A stretch of DNA of 64,000 nt from Vezdaea acicularis (taxonomy: Eukaryota). The translations under genes were made by a program, and so were the position numbers. Shown piece by piece: positions 25,372 through 36,398 of this stretch (positions are counted from its first letter, which is position 1; each line of letters starts with the position of its first letter). The stretch lies in the NCBI GenBank assembly GCA_026025075.1, contig JAPEUI010000024.1:124001-188000 (forward strand), read 5' to 3'. Under the pieces are notes generated by a model. The model saw only the letters and a program-made list of their open reading frames with translations. It had not been told where the DNA came from and ran no database searches.

Positions 25372-27242
25372 GATGAATGGCGGGCTTCGCACGGCGTAAT
25401 TTGTAAGGCGTGTAATTGTCAGGATTGATCTCTTTCACTTCATTTCTTGGCTGACGTAGTAGGCGGACAGCCAATGCAGGGCATGTCGCGCGAAGTCTAT
25501 GACATGATAAGTTCAAGGGGGTTAGGAGAGGTCGTAGGATGAACAAGAAGGTGAAGCCAGAGATGCTGTTGCACAGGAGGGCGAATGTGGGGGGTTTATA
25601 GTCTCTCGAATATCAGGCATGGTCGAAGTCTCGAGCTGCAAAAGGACCCGCTCGTGGCAGGTTGGGCGCAACAGTCGGGGGTTGCAGTGCGACTCCTCTT
25701 TAAAGACTGCCCGAATAAAGCCCGTAGCGACGCTCGCTGCAGCTTTATCCATGCACGCTGGGAGCATGAGCGCTGGGTTGTCAGCGACACACCGAGCCCT
25801 AATGCGCGTGACGGGCATTCGGTCGCGAGCGAGGAAGGCCGAGCCAGTCGAGGATTCCCCCATTGTGCTTCCGTTACAGACGCAAGGAGACACGCTGGGC
25901 AAGTTGTTGCGGTGCTTCTGGGTCAGAAATTGCCTCCAGCTGCATGATTCGAGATGGCGGTGGCGGACGGCGATCCAGTCACTGCCATTTGCACCCGACT
26001 CTCTCGTCATGCTTGTCTATCGTTACTCGACCTCTTGACGATCTATACCGCTTTCGCGCTGCTTCCCACGAGATCAACCTGGAGTTGATCAACGATGCCC
26101 TGGAATCGGCATCCCGTTGACCATTACTTCCAAGATTGTCATCAATCACCAACCCGGGGAACTCGCCGGTTCAGCATTGCGCGGTCCGCGGGTAGGTTAG
26201 GGTTTCAATGTCAAGCCTTCTCTCTAAATCTTCAACTAAGTTTAAGAAAGGGAGGCAAATCGAGGGTACAGTTGATGGCCGAGAGGATGAATCACTTTAA
26301 GAGCACTTACATCGACCGATTGGGCTTGATGCGCGAGTTCGGGGACTTCGTCTCATCTGTTGCCAGTAAGAAGAGCAAACACAACCTTCCGGACCATTCA
26401 CGCCGCATCGCTCGCGGGATACTGACCATCGCATGGCTCGACCACGATGGGAGCTATGATGGTCCAATCTGTCTGCGGCGGTTGTCATGACGGAGCACGG
26501 ATACATGCACGGGCCATCGCTCATGTTCTCGTCTGCGATAGCTTGTTGGGTGGAGGGAATGGAAGCACAATCTAGCGCAAAGGGTCGCAGACGGTCACAG
26601 AGTCGTCCGAAGGATTCATCAACCGCACGATGCGAAACCGCAAGCTCGACTCGTCGATGCAAGGCAAAGGACCGTGGAATGCTCCGCCGGCTCTGAATCC
26701 GGTACCTACCTCGAACGCATCGGCTCCCCTCTTTGTTGGCTGGCTTCGAGCCATGTGCGCAGACACACGTCGTCCAGTACCCGCATATCTGCTCCCTTGC
26801 AGGAGCTTGCTGCATCGTCTCCAGTTCCGTCCACCTGTCCGCACTGTCATCCGCTTTGCTTGACTCGAGATGCGCACTATCGCATAGCTCCAAGAGCTTC
26901 GAGTCGAGCTTCGACGAATCAGCCGCGCTCGCCTGCGCAGAGGGTGGTCGCCGCTGGACCAAGCTGGACCAAGCTTGCCCAAGCAGCCCCTCCCCCACCA
27001 AAGGGAAAAGCCACACAACCATTGCGAAGCTAATCAGTCACCATCTTGTCTTCGCACAATCACCTCTCAAGCTTCCAGCCTGGATCAGAAAGCTCGAGCG
27101 GCTCATCTTCATCTCCGCTGAAGCTGTCTGCCACCATTGAGACCATTGACGAGCTCGTTGATCGATCAATTGGCCTTTGCTTCCGTCCCGTTTCGCCCTT
27201 GCGGTCGCTCCATATGCTCGTTTGCCCCGCTTGGCGGGATAC

Positions 27243-28832
27243 ATGCTTCAAACCATGCCACCTCGATCTTCGCTCACCTCGTCATTTCCCACCGCAGACG
27301 GCAGCAATGAAGTCGTCTGTCCTCTTAGGAACAATGATGGATCGAGCTGCCGAAAGCGCTGTCTTGGAGTGAGTCTCCCAATCGTGAAAGCGACGATCTA
27401 TAGCTTCGCTGTGCGAGCTGCGAAAGCATCCGGAGAGCCTTCTACTGACAAGCGAATGTGCGCCATGCAGGAAAAGCGATATCGCTCGATGCAAGAGCAT
27501 ATTCGGCGAGCGCATCCTGAGCATTACATATCGAAGCTACCGGCGACCGAAGAGAGCTTCTTTTTAATGGTGAACAGTACCCCGTCGGTGCGACCGCCCC
27601 AACCTCCAGTCCAGTCTGGACCTCAACAGAGTGTGTTAACCTCCCAATTGGCTGCTGCGAAGATGTTGCTAATAGCGTTCAGTGTATGGACACGACAGAC
27701 CGACTTATTATGGGGACAACTCGAGCTCCCCGGCGACACCCAGACACTCAGACGAGTATCACCCTCACTCATTACTACCTGCTGCTACAGCAGCAGCAGC
27801 GCTCGCATCGCTCTATAACCATAACCGGGAATCCGACTGGGAATCTGAAGCAGTTAGTATATCGTCCATGTTGCTATGTGCGAGATGCTGATGCAGTAAC
27901 GATCGTAGGAAGCATACTCCGACACCGAAGCCCATCATCGTCGCATAGCGTCTTCAATTGAGCTGCCCCCTCTTCGCAACCATCTGAACGAAGGCCACGG
28001 ATTTCCCGGTCAGTCATTCGACCCCACCAGACCGCGACAGCTCCTCCCCTCCATCATGTCAAGGTCCCCTCCAGGCAGATCCTCAACCCTCCCTCCCATC
28101 CAAAGACGAGACAAGCAGAACCGCCCCCGGAAGCCGTCGATATCCCAAAACGCGCGTAAACCAAAGCACGAGAAAAAGACATCGAAAGACCACATCCGCC
28201 GAATAAGCCATGACCGAAAAGCCTACTCCGCAGAGCCAACGAGTGGCGCCTCGGCGTTAGGCAAGAGGTGGGAAGACCTCATCGACGCCGCCGCGAGCGC
28301 AACGGAAGAACCCACGACCGATGAAGACCGCACACCCGTATGAGCCCCCCAAATCCAACCCCCACCCTGACCCGGCCCGCGCAACTCATACTGACAAGCT
28401 CAACAGGTCCCGCCATCCCCACCTCTGAACCCGCACCGCGCCTCCCTCCCTCCACTAGCCTCCACTACGCTATTCCAATCGTACCAAGCGTCGCCGCTGC
28501 AAAACGCCCTCACGCCGCCCTCATACGATACCGGGCCCGAACCCTTCCCCTCCGTCGAGTCCGGCGAGAACTTCCACATCGACACCCACGGCCTGGATGA
28601 CTCGTCACCAACGAACACCACCTCCAGCCAGAACGTGCAGATCTACTGCGCCGCCTGCCGCCGCACGAGTCTGCTCCGCAATAGCTACGCCTGTACCGAG
28701 TGTATCTGCGGCGTCTGCCGCGATTGCGTCGAGGTCCTCACTGCTGTCGCCATCGTGGGCCGTAGCCGCCCCTGCCCGAAGTGCGGGACTGTCGGCGGGA
28801 AGTGGCGCCCCTTTCAGCTTGATATTCGGTGA
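27243..28832 (+). CDS. Fungal Zn-finger protein: N-terminal C2H2-like finger and C-terminal RING-like finger
   Basis: Exons 27243-27368, 27471-27630, 27683-27852, 27909-28337, 28407-28832 splice in frame. CPL..C..C..EKRYRSMQEHIRRAH, low-complexity S/P middle, GKRWEDLIDAA, and CAAC..CTEC.CGVCRDC..CPKC. Confidence 0.85.
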
Positions 28833-29435
28833 TGCCCGGAGCAGGCTGTGAGGCCGCGCTCTGGGGAGGAGACAGAGATGGGGACTGGGGACGTGCTTAA
28901 TTCCTTCCTTTCCCTCATCTCTGGATCGACTCAAAATGGGGTAATGCACCAAAAAGGAAGGATGTGGTTATGAACCAACGACTTAGATGGCGCAAATGAC
29001 GGGGTGGACGGCGTTTTCGGTTTCTGGGTGGTTTGCTTTTTCTTCCTCTCCATCATGACTATATTCCACGCACTTACCCGTTTGTTGTTTTCCAGTTTTT
29101 CTCTCTTCTCCTTTTGCTCGCGGCGAGGCCTAGATGATTCATCCTCCTTCTTGCTTCCCCTTCGTCTGGAAAAATCATGGCGCTCTCGCGCGCGTGCGGG
29201 AGCGTGTAGATCTTCGTGTTATGGAACGGATATGGAACGGGTATGGGATGGGATATTATGGATATAGCCGCGTTTACACAATATACACTTATTTCACCTA
29301 GAACCTTACGAACGGGGCTACATTTCCTGCCGCACGATACAACCGAATCTCTACCAGCAAATCAATTTCTCCCCCCTCTCCCCTCTTCCCCATCTGACCC
29401 AACATTCCCCCCCTTCAGTAAAAGCACACCCCCCC

Positions 29436-30323
29436 TCACCGCGCACTAACCTCCAACAACGCCCCCCCATCCACCACAACCACCTCCCCATTAACATACG
29501 CACACCGTCCCAAAAACAGGACCGCCATCCCCATCTCCTCTTCCCTGCCGGGCCGTCCCGCCGGAACATGACCCTTCTCCCTCACCTTCTCATCCGGCAA
29601 CTGACTCTTATTCCGCTCATCACTCTCCTTAACCGTCATCTCGCTCGGAAAATAGCCCGGGGCGATCGAGTTGACGCGGATGTTAAGTTTGGTGAGTTCC
29701 CCGCTGAGGAGCTTGGTCAAATGTACGGTTGCGCCTTTGGCGGCGTTGTAGGAGAAGTGCCCCTGGGAGGAGGTCATGAGGCCGCTCATGCTGGAGATTA
29801 TGAGGACGGAGGCGTCGGCGTTTGGGCTGGAGGAGGAGGAGGTGGAGGCGCGTTGGAGCAGGGGGAGGAAGGCGAGAGTGGTGAAGTACACGGCGGTGAC
29901 GTTCGTGGTGTACACGTCTGCCCACGCCTCCACGGACTCACTACCCCAGAGTTTCTCCTTCAATTTCCGCGCATCAGTCTCATCCGGCTCAGCTTTCGGC
30001 CCGGACGTCCCCGCGTTATTAACAAGCAGATGAATACACTCTTCCTTCTCCTCAATCTCCTTAACCAGGCGTTCCAGATCCTCTTTTTTCGTCACGTCGC
30101 AGGGAGCGGTGGGGATGATCTGCCCCCCGTTGGAGGGATGGTGGGATTCGGCGGCGGCGGAGAGGACGTCGGGGCGGCGCCCGGTGATGTAGACTTTTGC
30201 GCCGTTGGCGGCGAGGGCTTGCGTCGCCATTAGCCCGATGCCGGTGCCGCCGCCGGTGACGACGCAGACCATGCCGCGGGTGGAGAAGAGGGAGGGGGCG
30301 GTGAAGGAGGAGGTTGATGCCAT
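29436..30323 (-). CDS. Short-chain dehydrogenase/reductase (classical SDR)
   Basis: Intronless from MASTSS, with TGGGTGIG, LVNNAG, catalytic S..YNAAK and IRVNSIAPGYFPS. Confidence 0.95.
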   Translation of the reverse strand: MASTSSFTAPSLFSTRGMVCVVTGGGTGIGLMATQALAANGAKVYITGRRPDVLSAAAESHHPSNGGQIIPTAPCDVTKKEDLERLVKEIEEKEECIHLLVNNAGTSGPKAEPDETDARKLKEKLWGSESVEAWADVYTTNVTAVYFTTLAFLPLLQRASTSSSSSPNADASVLIISSMSGLMTSSQGHFSYNAAKGATVHLTKLLSGELTKLNIRVNSIAPGYFPSEMTVKESDERNKSQLPDEKVREKGHVPAGRPGREEEMGMAVLFLGRCAYVNGEVVVVDGGALLEVSAR

Positions 30324-30747
30324 GGTTTGGGAGGTTGGGGAAGAGGGGAGTTGAGAAGGTTGATGTGGCGGGTAGGGTTTGATAGCGTCGATGGGACTGC
30401 GAACCTCAAGGTAAGAAGAAGAAGAAAATCGGTGATTCAGTCGTGAAAGCTGAATGCTAGAAAACACAATTGAGGCACTGGGTGGTCAATTGCGCAAGGA
30501 AAAATCGAATCAAAGAATTTATAGAGGACGGAAATTCCATGCGCGCATGTTGACATAAACCTCAACCCCACCAATTACATCATCGTGCCGTCGGTTAGGG
30601 ATCTGCACCCCTGTGGCGGAGCCTCGACCTTAGACAGCATGGGTAACACGAATTCTCACCCCAAAGCCCGCTGGCAAAAGGAGCTTGTACTCAACTTGCG
30701 TTTTTGATTTAGAGGTTGGATAGGAAGTTGTGGTACGCTGTATGCGT

Positions 30748-33700
30748 CTAGAGTTCCTCCGCCTCGACCGCAACGATCGCTTCCTCAAGCGTGGCCTGCT
30801 CTTCATTTCTTTCGACTTCATGGTCCTTGCCGATGGCTTCCAGGCCCACTCTCATTGCCCTTGATCGCTCCTCCATTACTTCCGATGTCTTGAGCGTAGC
30901 TTTGAGTTCCTCCTCCATCATTTTCACCTTCGCTTCCATTTCTTCCAGTGTCATCCCTTCCAGATCTTCTTTTGTTTCGCTTGTGCCCTCTTCGGATGCA
31001 TCTTTTTCCAGCCCAACGATCTCGGCTTTCCTCTCCTTCTCGAGAACACCCATGGGCTCTTTGGGCCCATTTTGCTTCGGATTCAGATGGTTTGTAATTG
31101 TGATTTCCTCACCATAGAGGCGAAGAATCAGAGCTCTGCGATAGTGCTCAGTCAGCAAAGGCAGCACCGCGATGAGCATATGGAGTAAGAGTCATACTTG
31201 CGATCTTCCTTCGGCAGCATGAGATTCAAGCTCTGCAGGCTCCTCCAGATGGGCAAAACCATCCCCTCCTCAAAGCCCTCGTCATCTCCCTCAAGTTCCA
31301 CCGTTCGCGCATGCTTCGGGATTACCCTGAGGACGCAACAGCCTGTGCTGATATCTCTCGCCCATTCGCCGACTTCGCCCATCTCCTGCCACCCGCCCCC
31401 TCCCACTTTAGGGAACATCTCTCCTACCAGCTTCCTGAACGTGCTCTTCCGCCATAATCGCACCGTCCTCTTCTCTCCAACCCACGGCTCCAGAATGCCC
31501 AAGCCTTGCGACTGAATCCGCCATTCACACGTATCTGCAGACTGAACATCTTGTTTCATAAACATGTTGACGCCTGCATGAACAAACTTCATTCCTGTCC
31601 CTGCATTTACCGTCAAGATCTCGCGCGCAAGTTTCGAGGTATAGTATATTCCCTTAACGGGAATGCCAGATGCATTTCGGATCAGATAGCGGTCGGAAGG
31701 AAATCGTGGAGAGATGTCGTAGAATTTCCGAACGCTTTCAAGGACAGGGTGACTAGGGTCGAGATACACGAATGCTTCTTCGAAAGGGATGCCTGTTGTT
31801 TTGAGCGTGTTAGGTATGAAGGAAGCTCTCCCCGGGATGGTGGACGGGGGTGCTGGAGAATTGGTAGTGGCGTCCGCAGCCAAAGCGGAGACTGGAGTAG
31901 GAGGCTCGTCAAGTTCTGCGTCAACGTCCGCGAAAGAGATGTGTCCGGGGCGATGGAGAGGAGAATGCGAATGTGTATGGTGAACATTTGATGGTGGGAG
32001 TGGATAATGAATCTGCCGTTCCTCCAGTCCTGACTCAATAAGCTCATCTGGTGAATCGCGTATCTTAGGACGTTTAGTCACGCCCGGAGCCTCATCCAGG
32101 TCTACTGGGCGTTTTGTGCCAGATGGAGATGCAGGAGACGACAAATTAGAAGCGGATGTTTCGCCTTCTCCGACATTATTCGAGTTATCCATGTTTCCCT
32201 GATTCTGCCTAGCAGCAGCGGGAACGTCCGTCTCGTTTTGGACAACAGCAGGGAGTATTTCATCAAGGGTGTCAAGCTTGGTCGTAGGATCAAGATCGTC
32301 CACTTTCTCAATCGCGTCAATAGTGTCCATCAAGGGCGCACTGGGGTGATTGGTTGTTAAAGTAGGGCCCGACTTCATCGCTTTATTCTTTGGCTCGCTT
32401 TCAGGTAGAGCCCTGATCTCTGAAATTTTCTCGAGAGCGGCGATGAAGAAACCACCAGTGTCCTGCTGATGTGGATACACCCTCATACATCTTTCAAGCG
32501 GAATGTTGGCTTCGTCTTGATGCGGGGGGAACATGGTCTCTTCGAGTTTGCCTACCCCGTCAGTGTTCCCTTGCTCCTCAATCACCTGTTCGACCTCTGC
32601 CCACGAACTCCACACCCTCCCATCTTTGCCCATCACAGACCATTTCCTCAAGCCGGGTCTCCTCTTCAGTAGCGGAAGCTCATGGCTACAATCGACAATC
32701 CTGACCTTTGATGTGCCCCCGCAACGTTTGATAGCCGCAACGACGACAGCCTCGTTCTCCACGGGATTCATGCTGCATGTTGAATAGACAACGCGTCCGC
32801 CGACTTTGAGCAACTGTAAAGCTCGTACAAGGATACGACGCTGTTGGATCTGGAGTCCAATTGCATTGCCCGGCTTCCAGTCTTTCCAGATACTCTGATT
32901 CTTCCGCGGCGTGCCATCACCAGAGCAAGGGACGTCGGCGAGAATACGGTCAAATTTGAGATATGACTTTCCTGGAAGACGACCGTCCTTGGCTGGACGA
33001 TCTGGTAAGCGGATGGACGGATACATCGTAGCATCATGATTTGTAACAATAAGATTTGGGGAGTTGAGTCGCTTGATTTGGTGTACAAGCATCTGGGCTC
33101 TTTTGTAATCTACATCATTAGCAACCAAAAGCCCTGTTGCGCGTCCATCGTCTTCCCAGACATTTCCTACACCTTGGTCGTTCAGATCATCGTCGACGTC
33201 CATGAAGTCGTGGTCTATAGTTTTGCCTTCCTCATATGCAATTTTGCGCAACATCTTCCTCACTCTTGCCTCCTCCCCTCGATGAATCATCTCAATGAGC
33301 TGGCAGGTTTTGCTACCCGGCGAAGCACACATGTCTAGGACCACCATGCCCGGCCTGACGTCCATAAGCAGGGGCGGTATCATACTGACGACTTCCTGAC
33401 GACTGATATTCCCCACACTAGTCTCTGAGACCAAGAACTTCTGGAAACCCGCGAAGACTTCATTCTTGCGAATGACGGTCTTGGAAGTGTTCATGGACCA
33501 GCCCAAGTTGTCCGGATACCATGGTATTGGTTTGGGGGGCTCGACCATGACGCCGTCAAAGAAGCCAATCTTCTCTATTTCTGGGATATACTTGTCGACC
33601 AAGCTGCGCTGCACCGCCAAGGCATGGCTAGGTTCAATGTCAGCGCGGTACAGTCCAGCAACACGTCGGGTAGATCAGGCATACCCTTTGGATCCGCAGA

Positions 33701-34008
33701 ATCGGAAGCTGTTTGGCAGGTCTCTCTTCAATGTGGCCCAGAACTCTTCCCTCTCACTTTCGTCAATTATGGCGTTATAGTAACTCTCATAGAGCTGATT
33801 GTTCTTGGGAACTTGGACATAGTCCCCTCGAGTCCCGGACCGATGAGAATCTCGACCGTCGCGGCCACCACCCCGCTTGCCACGACCGCCGCCGCCGCCA
33901 CGGCCACCCCCTCGGCCGGCCTTCCAATTCTAAAGTCTCTCTTAGCTTCGGACCTCTGTCAGACAGGCCCACTCGTGATCTTACATTCTTCCAACCACGT
34001 TTGCCCAT
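30748..34008 (-). CDS. NCL1: tRNA (cytosine-5)-methyltransferase Ncl1/Trm4 (NSUN2)
   Basis: Exons about 34008-33985, 33929(or 33920)-33685, 33627-31198, 31135-30748. RGG-rich N-terminus, LPNSFRFCGSK, ISRQEVVSMIPP, VLDMCASPGSKT, FDRILADVPCSGDG, YSTCSMNPVENE and HQQDTGGFF. Confidence 0.96.
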
Positions 34009-34190
34009 CGTGTGTGCGAGTGATATCTATCGCATATTTTCGGGGAAGCGCTCGAGAAATATCGAAGTTTGTGGTGTCATAAGCGAGGGGTCGGCGGGGC
34101 AGTACCTCCGTGCTCCGGACAACGCGGAAGAAAGGACGCGTTACCGACCTCCAATTGAGCGTATGATCTCGATAATTCGATCAGAGAATG

Positions 34191-34278
34191 CACGTGATTG
34201 AGACAAGGCGGCTATGTACGGATTTGGAGTTTGCTTGGCATTCACGTGTAGGGCTACACCGATCGAACCCCTCACGTG
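34191..34278. promoter_or_regulatory. Three TCACGTG E-boxes upstream of NCL1
   Basis: CACGTG at 34191, 34243 and 34273, each with the flanking T (on one strand) of the Cbf1-type TCACGTG. Confidence 0.55.
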
Positions 34279-35318
34279 CCCCACTGCCTTGGCTTGGCTC
34301 AATCTAGCGCTTTAGCGGGGCCTTGGGGGCCAGGGGAGGCCTGTCCATTCCTCCAATCTCCTGCACACCCCCCAAGTCGCAGTCCCATGAATAGCTCCCG
34401 CGCTCAGCCCTCTCTCAGCTTGAGGTCAGAGTTTCGCTATACGAGCACCTATCGGCCACGAACACTGTTCCCCGCTCCCTTGTTCCACTTCTCCGAGGGG
34501 TCTTGCTTGGTCTCCAGCCAGAATCGAGACGAGGCCCCCAACTTTCGTGGCTGGCTCCCTGCCCCTCGCGCCTGCTGGGCGAGAGTCGGTGATCGGCACG
34601 GCTCGGGAATGCACTGGACCCCTTTTCTCCAGAGGGAGTCGAGGAAGAGAGCACGGGCGTCGAATGAGAGGGTGAGAGCCGCGCCTCTATCGGCTTTTCC
34701 CACATCTTGCTCTGGTCCACGAAAGCTTGTCACGAAGGACCCTTGCTCTCAACCTTCTGACGGCGGCGAGACGAGATTGCACGTCTGGTGTTCGAGGCAG
34801 GGTCAGTCAGGTCAGCCTTGCTGACTGCCAAGTGGGGACGTGTTTGCCGGCTGCTTTGCTTGGCGAGGGGTGCGGGTCTGGGGCGGCATCAAATTAAAGC
34901 CCTGGGGCACTAACGTTAGCCGACCCCCTTGGCATCCGCGCGCCCTCACCTCCGCCCGCTTCGTCCACTCGCCTGCTGGAAATGAGCAGTCGCGCTAGAG
35001 CGGCCGGGGTGTGCGGCGCTAGTACCTCCTTGGCGAGAGAGGGGGCTCATGTCTGCGGACGGCCAACCGTGTCAGCGCGGAGGAAGATCCCAACGGCTGT
35101 CGCAGATCGAGAGAGAGGAAGATGCCGTGACGACTCATAAAGAGGGAGCTGCCTCCTTCTCCGGGGCGTGCGGCTGAGCTCGAGAAATCCGTGAATCTCT
35201 ACCAGAAACCGCCCAGACTTCCTTTCTCAATACAAACTAACTCACTCTTTTGCACCTCCCCTTCTTTGTTTACCCTTCAACAACCAAACCTCCCTCAACT
35301 TCCAGACACATCATCACA

Positions 35319-35793
35319 ATGGCCGCCCAACAATCATGGACCAGCGGCTTCTGGGACTGTTTCTCGCCCGGTAGCACCTGCGCCCTAGCCTACTGCTGTC
35401 CCGTAACTCCCCCCTCCCCATCCTCCCTCCCCCCTTCAACAAGCACTAACCCTCTGTCCGCAGTGCATCATCTTCGGGCGCACGCAAGAACTCCGCAAAA
35501 ACCCCTCTGCCTTCCCCCCAACCGTGAACACCGACTGCCTGATCTTCTGCGGGTTGATGTACCTGGGGGTGCCCTGCATCTACCAGGCGCTCAAGCGCGA
35601 GGAGCTGCGCAACCAGTATAACCTCGAGGGCACCACCGCCAAGGACTGGCTGCTCTCCTGCTGCTGCGGCTGCTGCGTGCTGGTCCAGGAGAACAAGGAG
35701 GTCGTCCATCGGAATGCCATCGCGGCGGGCACGGCGCCTACAGCGGGCTATCAGGCCCCGCCGGAGAAGATGAATTATCAGCCTCAGCCGTAG
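35319..35793 (+). CDS. PLAC8-family Cys-rich membrane protein
   Basis: Exons 35319-35402 and 35464-35793. WTSGFWDCF..CALAYCCP|CIIFGRT..REELRNQYNLEG..DWLLSCCCGCCVLVQENKEV. Confidence 0.92.
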
Positions 35794-36398
35794 AGGGGGG
35801 GAGGGGTTTCGTTTTTGTGGTGACGAGGGGGATGGTGGAGATGCTTCAGTTGTTTGGGAGGGAAGAGGGTTGGTGGTGATATTAGAGGTGATTGAGCTGT
35901 TCGACGGGGAAAGAGGGCTTTGAGAGTCGCTAAGGGGTTGAGATATCCAAACAAATTGCCTTCATACCGCTTTATTAATCTCATTCGAGCCTACATCCAT
36001 CATTTTCACCAGTCTGAATTAATAGTACTGCTGCAACAACACCAGGAGCGGGTGGTGGTGGTGGTCATGATGAGGTGGGATTCTAGTCATCGCAACCCAT
36101 TCGCTATAGACTGTCGCCCATGTCCTATTCCCCTATGCCTAAGTTCCCCAGCCTGGCCGCGGTTCCAACAAAAAAGTGACTAAAATACGATAGAAGAAGA
36201 ACGAATGGGTATACGATGGAGAAGCACCGATGCAGCCCCGGCATAGCTTTCGGTCCATCATGCTCGATCTAACTGCAAGCCCTGAGGTACCTGAGTTCCG
36301 CAGGAAAATGATCGCAATGAAGCGGGGGTTGAATGAGGAAGATGTCGCCCGAATATGAAACCCCTCCAAGCTAGTAAGTCCTTTCCCACGGCCCTTTC

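Noticed and set aside
26297..27022. 241-aa minus-strand ORF and overlapping ORFs in the 25.5-27.2 kb region
   Set aside because: No domain or coding-like composition. Several overlapping frames of similar length are expected in GC-rich UTR or promoter DNA.
29436..29447. SDR C-terminus -SAR as a peroxisomal PTS1
   Set aside because: It does not fit [SAC][KRH][LM].
12711..30323. P450, SDR and MBL-fold enzyme as a secondary-metabolite cluster
   Set aside because: They are separated by core housekeeping genes, and there is no PKS, NRPS, terpene synthase or cluster regulator in the window.
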